A DNA stretch of 64,000 bases, from NCBI RefSeq assembly GCF_009914755.1, contig NC_060948.1. One strand, given 5' to 3'. Under the pieces are notes generated by a model. The model saw only the letters and a program-made list of their open reading frames with translations. It was not told the origin of the DNA and did no database searches. Below are positions 33,560 through 50,619 of the stretch, piece after piece; position 1 is the stretch's first letter; each line of letters opens with the position of its first letter. The position numbers were made by a program, and so were the translations under genes. Source of the stretch: the human T2T-CHM13v2.0 reference genome, Homo sapiens.

Positions 33560-36500
33560 ATGTCATTAGTGAAGTCAAAATGTGGTCATAATAGAGTAGG
33601 GAGAGGCCCTAATAAAATTCACTGGTGTCCTTAGGAGAAAGAAATTTAGGCACAGACACAGAGAGAAGGCATGGGAAGATGAAGACAGAGACGAGAGTGG
33701 ATGGATGGGTAGATGGGTGAATAAATGGATGGATGGGTGGGTGGATGGATGGGTAGATGCATAGATGGGTGGATGAATGGGTACATGGGTGGGTGGATGG
33801 ATGGATGGGTGGGTAAGTGGATGAGTGCATGGGTGGGCAGATGGGTGGGTGGATGGATGGGTGGATGGGTGGGTGGGTGGGAGGGTGGGTGTGCGGATGA
33901 ATGGTAGGTGGGTTTGTGAATGGGTGGGTAGGTGGGTGAGTGGGTGGATGGCTGGATCAGTGTTAGGATGTGTGGGTGGATGAATGGATGGGTTGATGGG
34001 TAGATGGATGGGAGGATGTATGGATGAATGCATGGATGGGTGGATGGGTGGGTGGGTGGGAGGGTGGATGTGTGGATGGATAGATCAGTGTTTAGGTGGA
34101 TAGATGTGTGGGTGGATGAATTGATGGGTTGATGGGTAGATGGATGGGTGGATGTATAGATGAGTAGGTGGATGGGTGGGTGGATGGATGGGTGGCTAGA
34201 TGGATGAGTGGGTGGATGGGTTGGTGGATGGATGATGAATGGATGTGGATGGGTAGATGGATGGGTGGGTGAGTGGATGAGTGCATGGGTGGGCGGATGG
34301 GTGGGTGGATGGATGGGGGTGGGTGGGAGGGTGGATGGGTGGATGAATGGTAGGTGGGTTTGTGAATGGGTGAGTGGGTGGGTGGATGGGTGGATGGATG
34401 GATTAGTGTTTAGATAACTGGAAGTGTGGGTGGATGAATTGATGGGTTGATGGGTAGATGGATGGGTGGATGGATGGATGGGTGGGTGGATGGATAGATG
34501 AGTAGGTAGATGGATGGGTGGATGGATGGGTGGGTGGATGGATAGATGAGTAGGTAGATGGATAGATGAGTAGGTAGATGGGTGCGTGGACGGATGGGTG
34601 AATAGATGGATGAGTGGGTGGATGGGGGGTTGGATGGATGATGAATGGATGGGGATGGGTAGATGGATGCATGGGTGGATGAATGGTGGATGGGTTTCTG
34701 AATGGGTGAGTGGGTGGGTGGGTGGATGGATCAGTGTTTAGATAGATGGATGTGTGGGTGGACGAATGGATGAGTTGATGGGTAGATGGATGGGTGGATG
34801 TATGGATGAGTAGGTGGATGACTGGGTGAATGGATGGATGCATGGATGGGTGGATGGATGGGTGGGTGGGTGGATGAATGGTAGGTGGGTTTGTGAATGG
34901 GTGGGTAGGTGGGTGAATGGGTGGATTGATGGATCAGTGTTTAGATAGGTGGATGTGTGGGTGGATGAATGGATGGATTGATGGGTAGATGGATGGGTGG
35001 ATGTATAGATGAGTAGGTGGATGTATGGGTGGATAGAAGGATGACTGGGTGGATGGGTGGGTGGATGGATGATGAATGGATGGGGATGGGTAGATGGATG
35101 GGTGGGTGGATGAATGGTGGGTGGGTTTGTGAATGGGTGAGTGGGTGGATGGGTGGATGCATGGATCAGTGTTTAGATAGGTGGATGTGTGAGTGGATGC
35201 ATTGATGGTTGATGGGTAGATGGATGGGTGGATGTATAGATGAGTAGGTGGATGGGTGGGTGGATGGATGGGTGGATAGATGGATGAGTGGGTGGATGGA
35301 TGGATGCATGGATGGGTGGATGGATGGGTGGGTGGATGGGAGGGTGGATGGATGGATGAACTGTAGGTGAGTTTGTGAATGGGTGGGTAGGTGGGTGAAT
35401 GGGTGGATGGATGAATCCGTGTTTAAATAGGTGGATGTGTGGGTGGATGAATTGATCGGTTGATGGGTAGATGGATGGGTGGATGTCTGGGTGGTTGGAT
35501 ATATAGATGAGTAGGTAGATGGGTGGGTGGATGGATGGGTGAGTAGATGGATGAGTGGGTGGATGGGTGGATGGATGGATGATGAATGGATGGGGATGGG
35601 TAGCTGGATGGGTGGGTGGATGAATGGTGGGTGGGTTTGTGAATGGGTGAGTGGGTGGGTGGGTGGATGGGTGGATGGATGGATCAGTGTTTAGATAGGT
35701 GGATATGTGGGTGGATGCATTGATGGTTGATGGGTAGATGGATTGGTGGATGTATAGATGAGTAGGTGGATGGGTGGGTGGATGGATGGGTGGATAGATG
35801 GATGAGTGGGTGGATGGATGGATGCATGGATGAGTGGATGGATGGGTGGGTGGATGGGAGGGTGGATGGGTGGATGAATGGTAGGCGGGTTTGTGAATGG
35901 GTGGGTAGGTGGGTGAATGGGTGGATGTATGGATCAGTGTTTAGATAGGTGGATGTGTGGGTGGATGAATGGATGGGTTGATGGGTAGATGGATGGGTGG
36001 ATGTATGGATGGGTGGATGAATAGATGAGTAGGTGGATGGGTGGGTGGATGGGAGGGTGAATAGATGGATGAGTGGGAGGATGGGTGAGTGGATGGAGGA
36101 TGAATGGATGAGGATGGGTAGATGGATGGGTGGATGGATAGATGGGTGGCTGGATAGATGAATAGGTGTATGGGTGTGTGGATGGATGGATGGATGGATG
36201 GATGGATAAGTGGGTGGGTGGATGGATGGATCAGTGTTTAGGTGGATGGACGTGTGGGTGGATGGATGGGCGGATAGATGGATGAGTGGGAGGATGGGTG
36301 AATGGATGTATGATGAATGGATGAGGATGGGTAGATGGATGGGTAGATGGATAGATGGGTGACTGGATAGATGAATAGGTGTATGGGTGTGTGGATGGAT
36401 GGATGGATGGATGGATGGATGGATGGATAAGTGGGTGGGTGGATGGATGGATCAGTGTTTAGGTGGTTGGACGTGTGGGTGGATGGATGGGTGGACAGAT

Positions 36501-37375
36501 GGATGAGTGGGAGGATGGGTGAATGGATGTATGATGAATGGATGAGGATGGGTAGATGGATGGGTGAATGGATGTATGATGAATGGATGAGGATGGGTAG
36601 ATGGATGGGTGGATGGATAGATGGGTGGCTGGATAGATGAATAGGTGTATGGGTGTGTAGATGGGTGGCTGGATAGATGAATAGGTGTATGGGTGTGTGG
36701 ATGGATGGATGGATGGATGGATGGATAAGTGGGTGGGTGGATGGATGAATCAGTGTTTAGGTGGTTGGACGTGTGGGTGGATGGATGGGTGGACAGATGG
36801 ATGAGTGGGAGGATGGGTGAATGGATGTATGAGGAATGGATGAGGATGGGTAGATGGATGGGTAGATGGATAGACGGGTGGATGGATAGATGAATAGGTG
36901 TATGCCTGTGTGGAGGGATGGATAAGTGGGTGGGTGGGTGGGTGGATGGATGGATCAGTGTTTAGGTGGCTGGATGTGTGGGTGGATGAATGGATGGGTT
37001 GATGGGTAGATGGATGGGCAGATGTATGGATGGGTGGATGGATGGATGAGTGGGTGGATGGGTAGGTGGATGGATGGGTGGATGGATGGATGAGTGGGTA
37101 GATGGGTGGGTGGGTAGATGGGTGGATGGATGAATAGATGATGCATGGATGGATGCTTCTATCCACCATGAAATGCCAATTGTTTCCAGAAAATCACCAG
37201 AAGCTGCAGCAAAGCTTGGAACAGATTTTCCCTCAGAGCCCTAATGAGGAACCAACCCTGCCAATACCTTCATCTCAGACTTCTGGTCTCCAGGATGGGG
37301 AGAGAATGCATTGCTGTTATTTAAGCCACCACATCAGTGGTAATTAGTTATGGCAGCTGTCGCAAACCAATACAC
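33560..37375 (+). mobile_element. MLT1-like LTR split in two by a 3.45 kb simple-repeat expansion
   Basis: 5' half ends ...gaagatgaagacagagacgagagtgatg (~33700). 3' half resumes gatgcttct...caccagaagct...gaaccaaccctgccaatacc...aaaccaataca. Confidence 0.72.
33697..37155. repeat. Compound (GGAT/GGGT)n repeat with a recurring GGATCAGTGTTTAG marker
   Basis: Direct reading. Confidence 0.97.
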
Positions 37376-38112
37376 CGAAAAAAGAGAGGAAAAGTTTTAA
37401 CCAACAGACTTCAAAGAAATTAGAGAAAGCGTCATCATACCAAATAAAAGAGAGGAAGAACCTTAAAAGAAAGATAAAGCATGAAAAGCACAAGATTATA
37501 GGATAAGAGAAAGAAATGAGGAACAAGCCAATGGGCCTCAGAAACTCAATGGAAGACAAGGATCTCAAGACTTGAAGATATAAAGACGGCACTGCAAAGC
37601 AATAACAACAACAACATGTATTCATGCCGTCCCCCTTTCTTTGGTTGACTTACTGTTGAGAAATGTCCAACACTAGCAGAGTGGAGCATATAGATTATGA
37701 TGTGATTTGCCAAAGCCCAGGAGGAATGGCTGCATAGGACCCTCTCCTCACCTGCCATGGTTGCATTGAACCACTAGGGTAGGGAAGGAAGCAAGGCTCA
37801 GAGCTCCCTGCTCAAGCATCTCCCTGCAGGGGCCAAGACATCTTCTTGACCTTTGACATGTGGATCTATGGCACAGGGGCTGTCCAGAGCTCTCCATGAC
37901 CCAGGCATCAGACCCCTTCCAGCTCCAGGAGGGAGGAGGTACAGGTATACACCTGGTGCTGACCTACAAGGGTCACAGGAAGAATCCAGCTTTGGGACAC
38001 CTCCTATGACCAAGTTGTTCAGGATTTTACAATGTGGTCTCAGGGTCACTGTTAGTGCACCCAGACCTGTTTGAGCAAGAGTCCTTGATATCGATTTAGA
38101 AATATAATGGGT

Positions 38113-39440
<1,328 letters not shown>

Positions 39441-39464
39441 TTTGCAAATGTGAATGATTCAGGT

Positions 39465-39606
39465 ATCATAATTGGGAAGATGCGTCTGGCATCTGGTGGG
39501 TAGATCCCAGGGACACTGCTCAACACCCTACAGTACACAGGATGGCCCCACCACAGAGGATCATCTGGGCTGAAATGTCAGCAGTGCTAAGGCTGAGAAA
39601 CCTGCC
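39465..39606. mobile_element. MER20-like fragment
   Basis: ggcatctggtgggtagatcccagggacactgct...aaatgtcagcagtgctaaggctgagaaaccctg. Confidence 0.65.
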
Positions 39607-40088
39607 CTCAAGCAACTGTGTGACAAGAGCAGCCTTCAACAAACACACAGAGCTCAGGAGTACTTTCCAAAGAATGTCTGCAAGAGGCTTTCGGGGAGAG
39701 AAAAGACCCCAGGCAGATGTTCCTAGCAAGAAGCTGGTGTCGTGGAAAGGGACAGTGGTCTCATCATGGTTAGTGACCAGCTGTGGATGAAGAGCGATTC
39801 CTTAAAATGCCTGCATGTGCCCCTCATTGCCTTGCCGTCACGGACCTCCCACCCCATCACAGAGGAGGAGACCTGGTCTTCAGGAAGACAGATAGAACAT
39901 GAGCTAAAGCATCTCTTGGGCCCCTGAGCTGGGGTGGGGTCAGACGTCAGAGCTGTGGCCAGAAGCAATAACAAAGAGAAGTTCTTGACTCATGTGGAAC
40001 CTTCCATTGGTATTTCCTGTTTCCAATCCTAAGCATTTCTCTGTATGATGGACACCAATGCTTTTAAAATGAAAAATGGTGCTGGCAG

Positions 40089-40090
<2 letters not shown>

Positions 40091-40135
<45 letters not shown>
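40091..40135. repeat. (GT)n microsatellite
   Basis: About 22 GT units. Confidence 0.97.
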
Positions 40136-40138
<3 letters not shown>

Positions 40139-40321
40139 CCAGCAGGGAAGCAGAAATTATTACCAACATATCTTTTGCAAACAGGGATCATATAAACTAG
40201 AGAGATTGCAGAAGGCAGACTGTAGATAAGAGATTGCAAAGAGGTTGTAGGGTGACAGACAGGTCCTTTTGGGAGGGAGGAAGTAGGAAGAGAGTTGGTG
40301 GTTTTCAATATGGGAAGCTGA

Positions 40322-40640
<319 letters not shown>

Positions 40641-41339
40641 ACAGGTATCTTTTTACGTGAACATAGATAGCAGGGGCTGGGAAAACAGAGAGGCTAGGTG
40701 GTGGGCTCATGGTGCAAAGGCTATCATGGAATATACCAGAAGCCTCCTGCCCCCTGCTGTCCGCCTTTCTGGTGGTCCCTCCCCACTGAACTGCAACTTA
40801 TCCTAATAAAACCGGGGTTGATACCACCACTTCCAGGTTCCCACATTCCAAGTCCCCTCAGCCACAGAAGCAGATGCAACCTCTTCTGAACTTCCAGACA
40901 CCATTGAGTTTTCAACTTTGGTTTAATTTTTAGATCTTCCAATTACAGAACACACACACACACTTGTTATGAGTAAAAGAATAAAGAGAAATAGAGAGCT
41001 CTGTATTCGTGTTTGTCTTTGGATCTTTCCCCTCCAGGTCCCACTTCCCTTCAGAAGTAACCTCTGGGAGTTCGTTTGCTCTGGAGCCTCCTTTCATACA
41101 CAGGTAAGTTTTATTTTGCATAGTAGGACATACACCCGTCACCACTTTTGTGAATGTCTTGTGGTGTCTCTAACCATATGCCCCACAGTGAGGGGATTTG
41201 GATGGATCAACTCTGCTTCAGCCTGTGTGCTTACACACACTCCTCTGTAAGTATTTTTGTGCATACCTGTGAGAACATTTTCTAGGATCGATTTCTAGGA
41301 GAAGATCTGCTGATTTGAAGGGTTTGCATATTTTAAATG

Positions 41340-41990
41340 GAATGCATGTATTAGAAAGGAAGTAAGATCTAAAATCAATAATTTAAGTTTCCACCTCGAG
41401 AAACTAGAAAAAGAAGAGCAAATTAAATCTAATGGAAGAAGAAAGAAATAAATCATAAATATTAGATTAGAGGAGAAATCAGTGGATTTGAAAATAGGAA
41501 ATCCATAGAGGACAGAAATCAGTGCAATTGAAAACAGCAAGTCAATAGACAAAAATCAAAACCATAGGGTTGTTCTTTGAAATAACAATCAATGAGAGTA
41601 ATAAGCTTCTAGTCAGGCTAACAACAACAAAGAATGAGGACACAAGTTACTAATACTGTAAATGAAAGAGGAGACATCACTACAGATCCCATGGACATTA
41701 AAAAGATCATAAAGAAATATTATAAACAATTCTGTGCCCATAAAATTGATCACCTAGATGAAAAGAACAAAAGGATAAAATCTGACAACTCACACAAGAA
41801 GAAACAGCCAATCTGAGTGAGCCTATATCTCTTAAAGAAATTGAATCGATAATTTAATAACCTTCCCAAACAAAAGGCTCCAGGCCCAGATGGGTTTACT
41901 GATGAATTTTCCCCAACATTTAAGGAAGAAATTATATTGATTCTCTACCATTCCTTCCAGAAGATAGAAACACAGGGAATATCACCAAAT
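41340..41990 (+). mobile_element. Old L1 ORF2 fragment
   Basis: aaactagaaaaagaagagcaaattaaa...gacatcactacagatcccatggacattaaaaag...ccaggcccagatgggtttact. Confidence 0.8.
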
Positions 41991-42384
41991 ATCCACCCAA
42001 TAAATTTCACCAATATGTGCTTACAGCTAATAGACAAGGGCAACACTCATTCTCACACCCTCATCAACAAGGGTGACAGCAACTAGCCTGAAGGGTGAGA
42101 GGTTTCAACTCATATTTTCATCACAGCAACAGAGGTTGACATGTTTCTTTCTTTTCTTTCTTTTTTTTTTTTATTGGCTGAATCAGAGTTTCCCTCTGTC
42201 TCCTGAGCTGGACTGCAGTGGCACGACCTTGGCTCACTGCAGCTTGTGCTTCCCGGGTTTTTTTTTTGAGACAGGGCCTTGCTCTGTCAACCAAGCTGGG
42301 GGCAGTGGTGCAATGACCGCTCACTGCAGCCTCGAACTCCTGGCCTCAAGAGATCCTTCTGTCTCAGCCTCCTGTGTAGCTGGG

Positions 42385-42700
42385 ACATGGATGAAGCTGG
42401 AAGCCATCATTCTGAGAAACTAACAGAGGAACAGAAAACCAAACACTGCATGTTGTCACTCATAAGTGGGAGTTGAACAATGAGAACACATGGACACAGG
42501 GAGGGGAACGTCACACACCAGGGCCTGTCGGGGGGTGAGGGGATAGGGGAGGGAGAGCATTAGGACAAATACCTAATGTAGATGACGGGTTGATGGGTGC
42601 AGCAAACCACCATGGCACCTGTACACCTATGTAACAAACCTGCATGTTCTGCACATGTACCCCAGAACTTAAAGTAAAATAAAAAGAAAATAAAAGAACT
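42385..42700 (+). mobile_element. L1PA 3' end
   Basis: gggacatggatgaagctggaagccatcattct...tgcacatgtaccccagaacttaaagt followed by an A-rich tail. Confidence 0.88.
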
Positions 42701-43031
42701 TTTTTTAAAACAAAGAACCAGTATGCAAAATGTGCCAAAAAAAACTCTTAAGATTCAACCACTGGAAAAAAAAAACCCCATTTAAACATGGGCCACCTCA
42801 CAAAAGATGCTTTGCAGGTGGCAAATTCACCTACGAAAAATCACTCCATGTCGTAGCTCATCAGGGAATTGCAAATTAATACCGCCGAGACATGCCGGCC
42901 GACAGGTCTCAGGGTGACTAAGATCTAGAGATACCAACAGATGAAGTACCGGAACTCTCATTGAATGCTGGTCACAAGAAGACGGTCCCTGCACCCTCTG
43001 ACCTTTAGGTCACTCTGCAGCACGCAATACA

Positions 43032-43324
43032 TTTTTTTTTTTTCTTGAGGCTGAGTCTTGCTCTGTGGTCCAGGCTGGAGTGCAATGGCACAACGTCGGC
43101 TCCCTGCAACCTCCGCCTCCCGGGTTCAAGCCATTCTCCTGCCTCAGCCTCCAGAGTAGCTGACAGGCACCTGCCACCACGCCTGGCTAAGTTTTGTGTT
43201 TTTAGCAGAGATGGGATTTCACTATGTTAGCCGGGCTGGTCTTGAACTCCCGACCTCAGGTGATCCACCTGCCTCGACCTCCCAAAGTGCTGGGATTACA
43301 GGCGTGAGCCACCGTGCCCGGCCA
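43032..43324 (-). mobile_element. Alu
   Basis: Alu consensus. Confidence 0.92.
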
Positions 43325-43342
43325 GGTAGTCACATTTTCTTC

Positions 43343-43500
43343 AAGCTTTGGGTTTAAGGGATCCCAGCTTTGGGCTTAAGGGATCCCAGCTTTGGGTTTA
43401 AGGAGCCCAGCTTTGGGTTTAGGAGAGTCCAGCTTTGGGATTAGGAGAGTCCAGCTTTGGGATTAGGAGAGTCCAGCTTTGGGTTTAGTGGAGCTCAGCT
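43343..43500. repeat. 22-bp minisatellite AGCTTTGGGTTTAAGGGATCCC
   Basis: About 7 units. Confidence 0.9.
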
Positions 43501-43998
43501 TCCAACCCTCGCACCCTCAAAGTTCCCCATCTTTGTAGACCCAGTGACCCCTGTTTCTGTGATAACACCTGCCTCTGAACGAACTCTGTGTTCTACTGAC
43601 TTCAAAGTGACCCACCAGCCCCAGTGAACTGGCAGCTGGCAGGCGTCAGGGGATAGAGGACCTGCTGGCGTCGGCCTCAGATCACAAGGCAAGAATCCTC
43701 CTAGCTAAGCACAAAAACGCGTAGGAAATGCTCTGAGCTCTGCCGCTGTGTGTTGATTTTCCTGTATTGCATCACCCAACGAAGCAGACCGTTTGCCCAG
43801 CGAGATTTGCATGCTGTCCTCCGCAGACGCCCCGTGGAGATTTTGATCTGCGTCTTCTGCAAAGGCAGCGGCCGCGTTTCTCTGATTTCTGTATCTCATT
43901 CTCAGAGTATATAGCACGGGGCTTCATCGCTGGCCAGAGAGCAGATTCTGAGAAACATAAGAAGCCCCTTTTTGAAACAAAATTAATTTGTGTGTGTG

Positions 43999-44029
<31 letters not shown>

Positions 44030-44370
44030 GGTGAGGATGTCTCAACAACAGCTGCAAAATCGGCCTCACTCTGGAAGGCAGGAAGCCACTGTACGTGGAA
44101 TTAAGCTAATTAACATGAAATGCCATTTGGTGAAAAAAAAAAAAAAAACCCAAAGTGGTTGAGTGTGTGGCTCCTGCCCTGCTGCAAAAGAAGAGTGTGG
44201 AAATAGCACGTATGCTGAAATTTAAGCACTTCTGCCGTTACTGAGCCACAGTGCCCATGGTTTTAGCAGGTTATGGCAGACAGATTCATTTAACAGATGA
44301 GAGAGAGGTGACAGGAAGGTTCGCAGGCTTGACTTCCTAACAGCTGCTCTCTGTTTAAAGATCGTTGCTC

Positions 44371-44964
44371 TAGACATGAAGTCCTTGCCCATGCCTATGT
44401 CCTGAATGGTAGTGCCTAGGTTTTCTTCTAGGGATTTTATGGTTTTAGATCTAAATTTAAGTATTTAATCCATCTTGAATTAATTTTAGTATAAGGTGTA
44501 AGGAAGGGATCCAGTTTCAGCTTTCAACATATGGCTTACCAGTTTTCCCAGCACCATTTATGAAAATGTGGCACATATACACCATGGAATACTATGCAGC
44601 CATCAAAAATGATGAGTTCATGTCCTTTGTAGGGACATGGATGAAGCTGGAAACCATCATTCTCAGCAAACTATCGCAAGGACAAAAAACCAAACACCGC
44701 ATGTTCTCACTCATAGGTGGGAATTGAACCATGAGAACACATGGACACAGGAAGGAGAACATCACACACCGGGGACTGTTGTGGGGTGGGGGGACGGGGG
44801 AGGGATAGCATTAGGAGATATACCTAATGTTAAACGACGAGTTAATGGGTGCAGCACACCAACATGGCACATGTATACATATGTAACAAACCTGCACGTT
44901 GTGCACATGTACCCTAAAACTTAAATAAAAGATAAAATCAATTATTTTAATTTAAATAAATAAA
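44371..44964 (+). mobile_element. 5'-inverted (twin-primed) truncated L1PA insertion
   Basis: Antisense L1 ORF2 segment 44371-44560 joined to a sense L1 3' end 44561-44964. TSD TAAAGATCGTTGCTC at 44356-44370 and 44965-44979. Confidence 0.92.
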
Positions 44965-45139
44965 TAAAGATCGTTGCTCAGTGTGAGTTGACGCGGACTT
45001 GCCTTAGGATACTTTAATTGTGATCTGGTGGATTCTGCTCATCCTGTTTCCAGCCATGTGCTCAGCAAAGCAGTCAAAGAGAAAGATCCCTGGAGAAGAA
45101 ACCGAGACGGTCTCAACTACCTTGTTCCTGCCTGAAGTC

Positions 45140-45968
<829 letters not shown>

Positions 45969-46283
45969 GGAAAGATTTTCATCTTTGAACACAAAGGAGT
46001 GTGTTTTTCTCTTGCTCCCTGGACCCAAACCCCCAATGACGGGAACCCTCAGCTGTGACAAGCCTCCAGTATACGTATTTCCCCACGTGTGAGCCAGTTT
46101 CAATCTCTCTCCTCTGAAAGGTGAAAGGGTCCCAAGGTAGCAGTGATCATAGACAGAGACTCATTTCTTTGTTCTCTTTGTGACCTAAGGGAGGTTCTCA
46201 GGCCCACAGAAAAGGATATTTTAAAAGATTTCAAAGCAGTACCCATCCTAGGCTACCCCTCAGCACAAGAAATTAACATTACA

Positions 46284-48570
<2,287 letters not shown>

Positions 48571-49666
48571 AACAATTGTCTCTTGAAGCAGGAAGGACAT
48601 TCCTCAGGTTTCTGGTTTACTTCCTGCGTCTGAGCTGGCCCTTCCCCTACACCCTCCTGGCTGACTCCCTGCCCGCGCTGAGTCCTGAATGCTCCTGCAG
48701 TCTCAGTGCTCCCCCGCTTGTTGCTTGGGTCTTCCTGTCCCTCAGAGAGCCCCGGTCACAGCCAGGCTGACCCTTTCTCCCCGGGACAGGGCAGCCCCAG
48801 GGCCGAGCTTCCGCTTTTGGGGGATGCAGTCGTCACTGGGGCCGTAGCCAGCCTGGCCTCCTCATCCCTCAGGTCCCTACCGGGGTGTCTGGGGCCGGCT
48901 GCGCAAGCCTTCCCTGTCTGTGGTCACTATGGCTGATTTGAGCTTGGCTGGGCGTGAGTGGAGGGGAAGCAGTGGCCACCACTGTGTGAACCAGTGACCT
49001 CACGGTGTCCCTCAGGGAGCCACAGTGAAAGGCGTCCAAGTTCTCAAGTCCAGCATTGTTTCAATTTCCTCCTTGTCTTTCCCGGCCACACAGAGCTTCC
49101 TTCCTAGCTGCCTGGAGATGACAGGGAAGGAGAAGGTCAAGTGTGCTTGAGTCCTCAGGTGACATCGCCTGTTCTTAGAGCAGACGTCACATTGAATGTT
49201 TGCAAACGTTTTTTTGTGCACCCGTCCTAGGAAGACGCGCTTATCATCTTTGCTTTACATATATGGGGACACTGAGGGGCAGAGGGCATAAGGAACCTGG
49301 GCCATGAGTGACAAGGGGCGTGGTGCTTGGGACCCAGACTGTAGGTTTTCTGGGCATGTAGAAGATGCCGCACTCTGCCTTGCAATAATCTCCAAATACA
49401 CGCATCTGAGTGGAAACACACCTGCGCCTCTGAGCCTGAACTCTGCACCTGTCTCTGGCTGCCTGTCTCATCCTCCCTGCCCTCCCAAGGGGATTTCAGG
49501 GACCATACTGCATACTGAGAGCTCCCCAAGGAGAAGAGACCTGAAGTGTATCATCCTGGTGCTCCCTGAGGCTGGAGCATAGTCCTGGCCTGCTGGGCAG
49601 GTGCATTTGCACCTGCTCTTTGCAGGGGTTGGGGACAAGTCAGAATACGGGTAAAAAAGAAGGCCG

Positions 49667-50028
<362 letters not shown>

Positions 50029-50567
50029 TCAGCCTGCCTGAGTTATTCCTGGAGAGGCAGAACGAGCTGAGGAATCTCACTGCCTGGTTCTGCTCTAAAC
50101 CACCCTCCTGGGAAGGGGTGAATGCAAAGCTACCAAGTGACTACTACTCAAAGGCTGGGGTGGTGTTTCCCCTGCTCGCTGTCAGGCACAGATGATGTGC
50201 TTATGCCAGTTTCCTTGGTACAGTGGTCTACCTGGCCCTGCAGAAAGCTGTGTCCCCACAGCGGTGGGACCAACTCACAGATATCTCCTTGCCCTAGCTC
50301 CTGTGATTCCTCTGGCCCATGCAGCTCCTTATGCCTGTCTGCACCCAGCACAGTCTTGAGTGACACCTTCAACCCTCCTTCTTGGGGCATCAGCCCACCA
50401 TGGACCTGCCAGAGCCTCTTGGAAGTCTGCATTTCATTCCAGCCCATGGGTGCCAGCTCCTGCCTCCATGAAGACCCTCTCCTCCCCACCAGGTACCTGC
50501 TGCAAACTCCTTTGGGTCTGCTGTCCTTAGCTTAGAGCTGTGCACCCAGGATGGTCTTGGTAAATGC

Positions 50568-50602
<35 letters not shown>

Positions 50603-50619
50603 TACAGGACATTCCCAAT

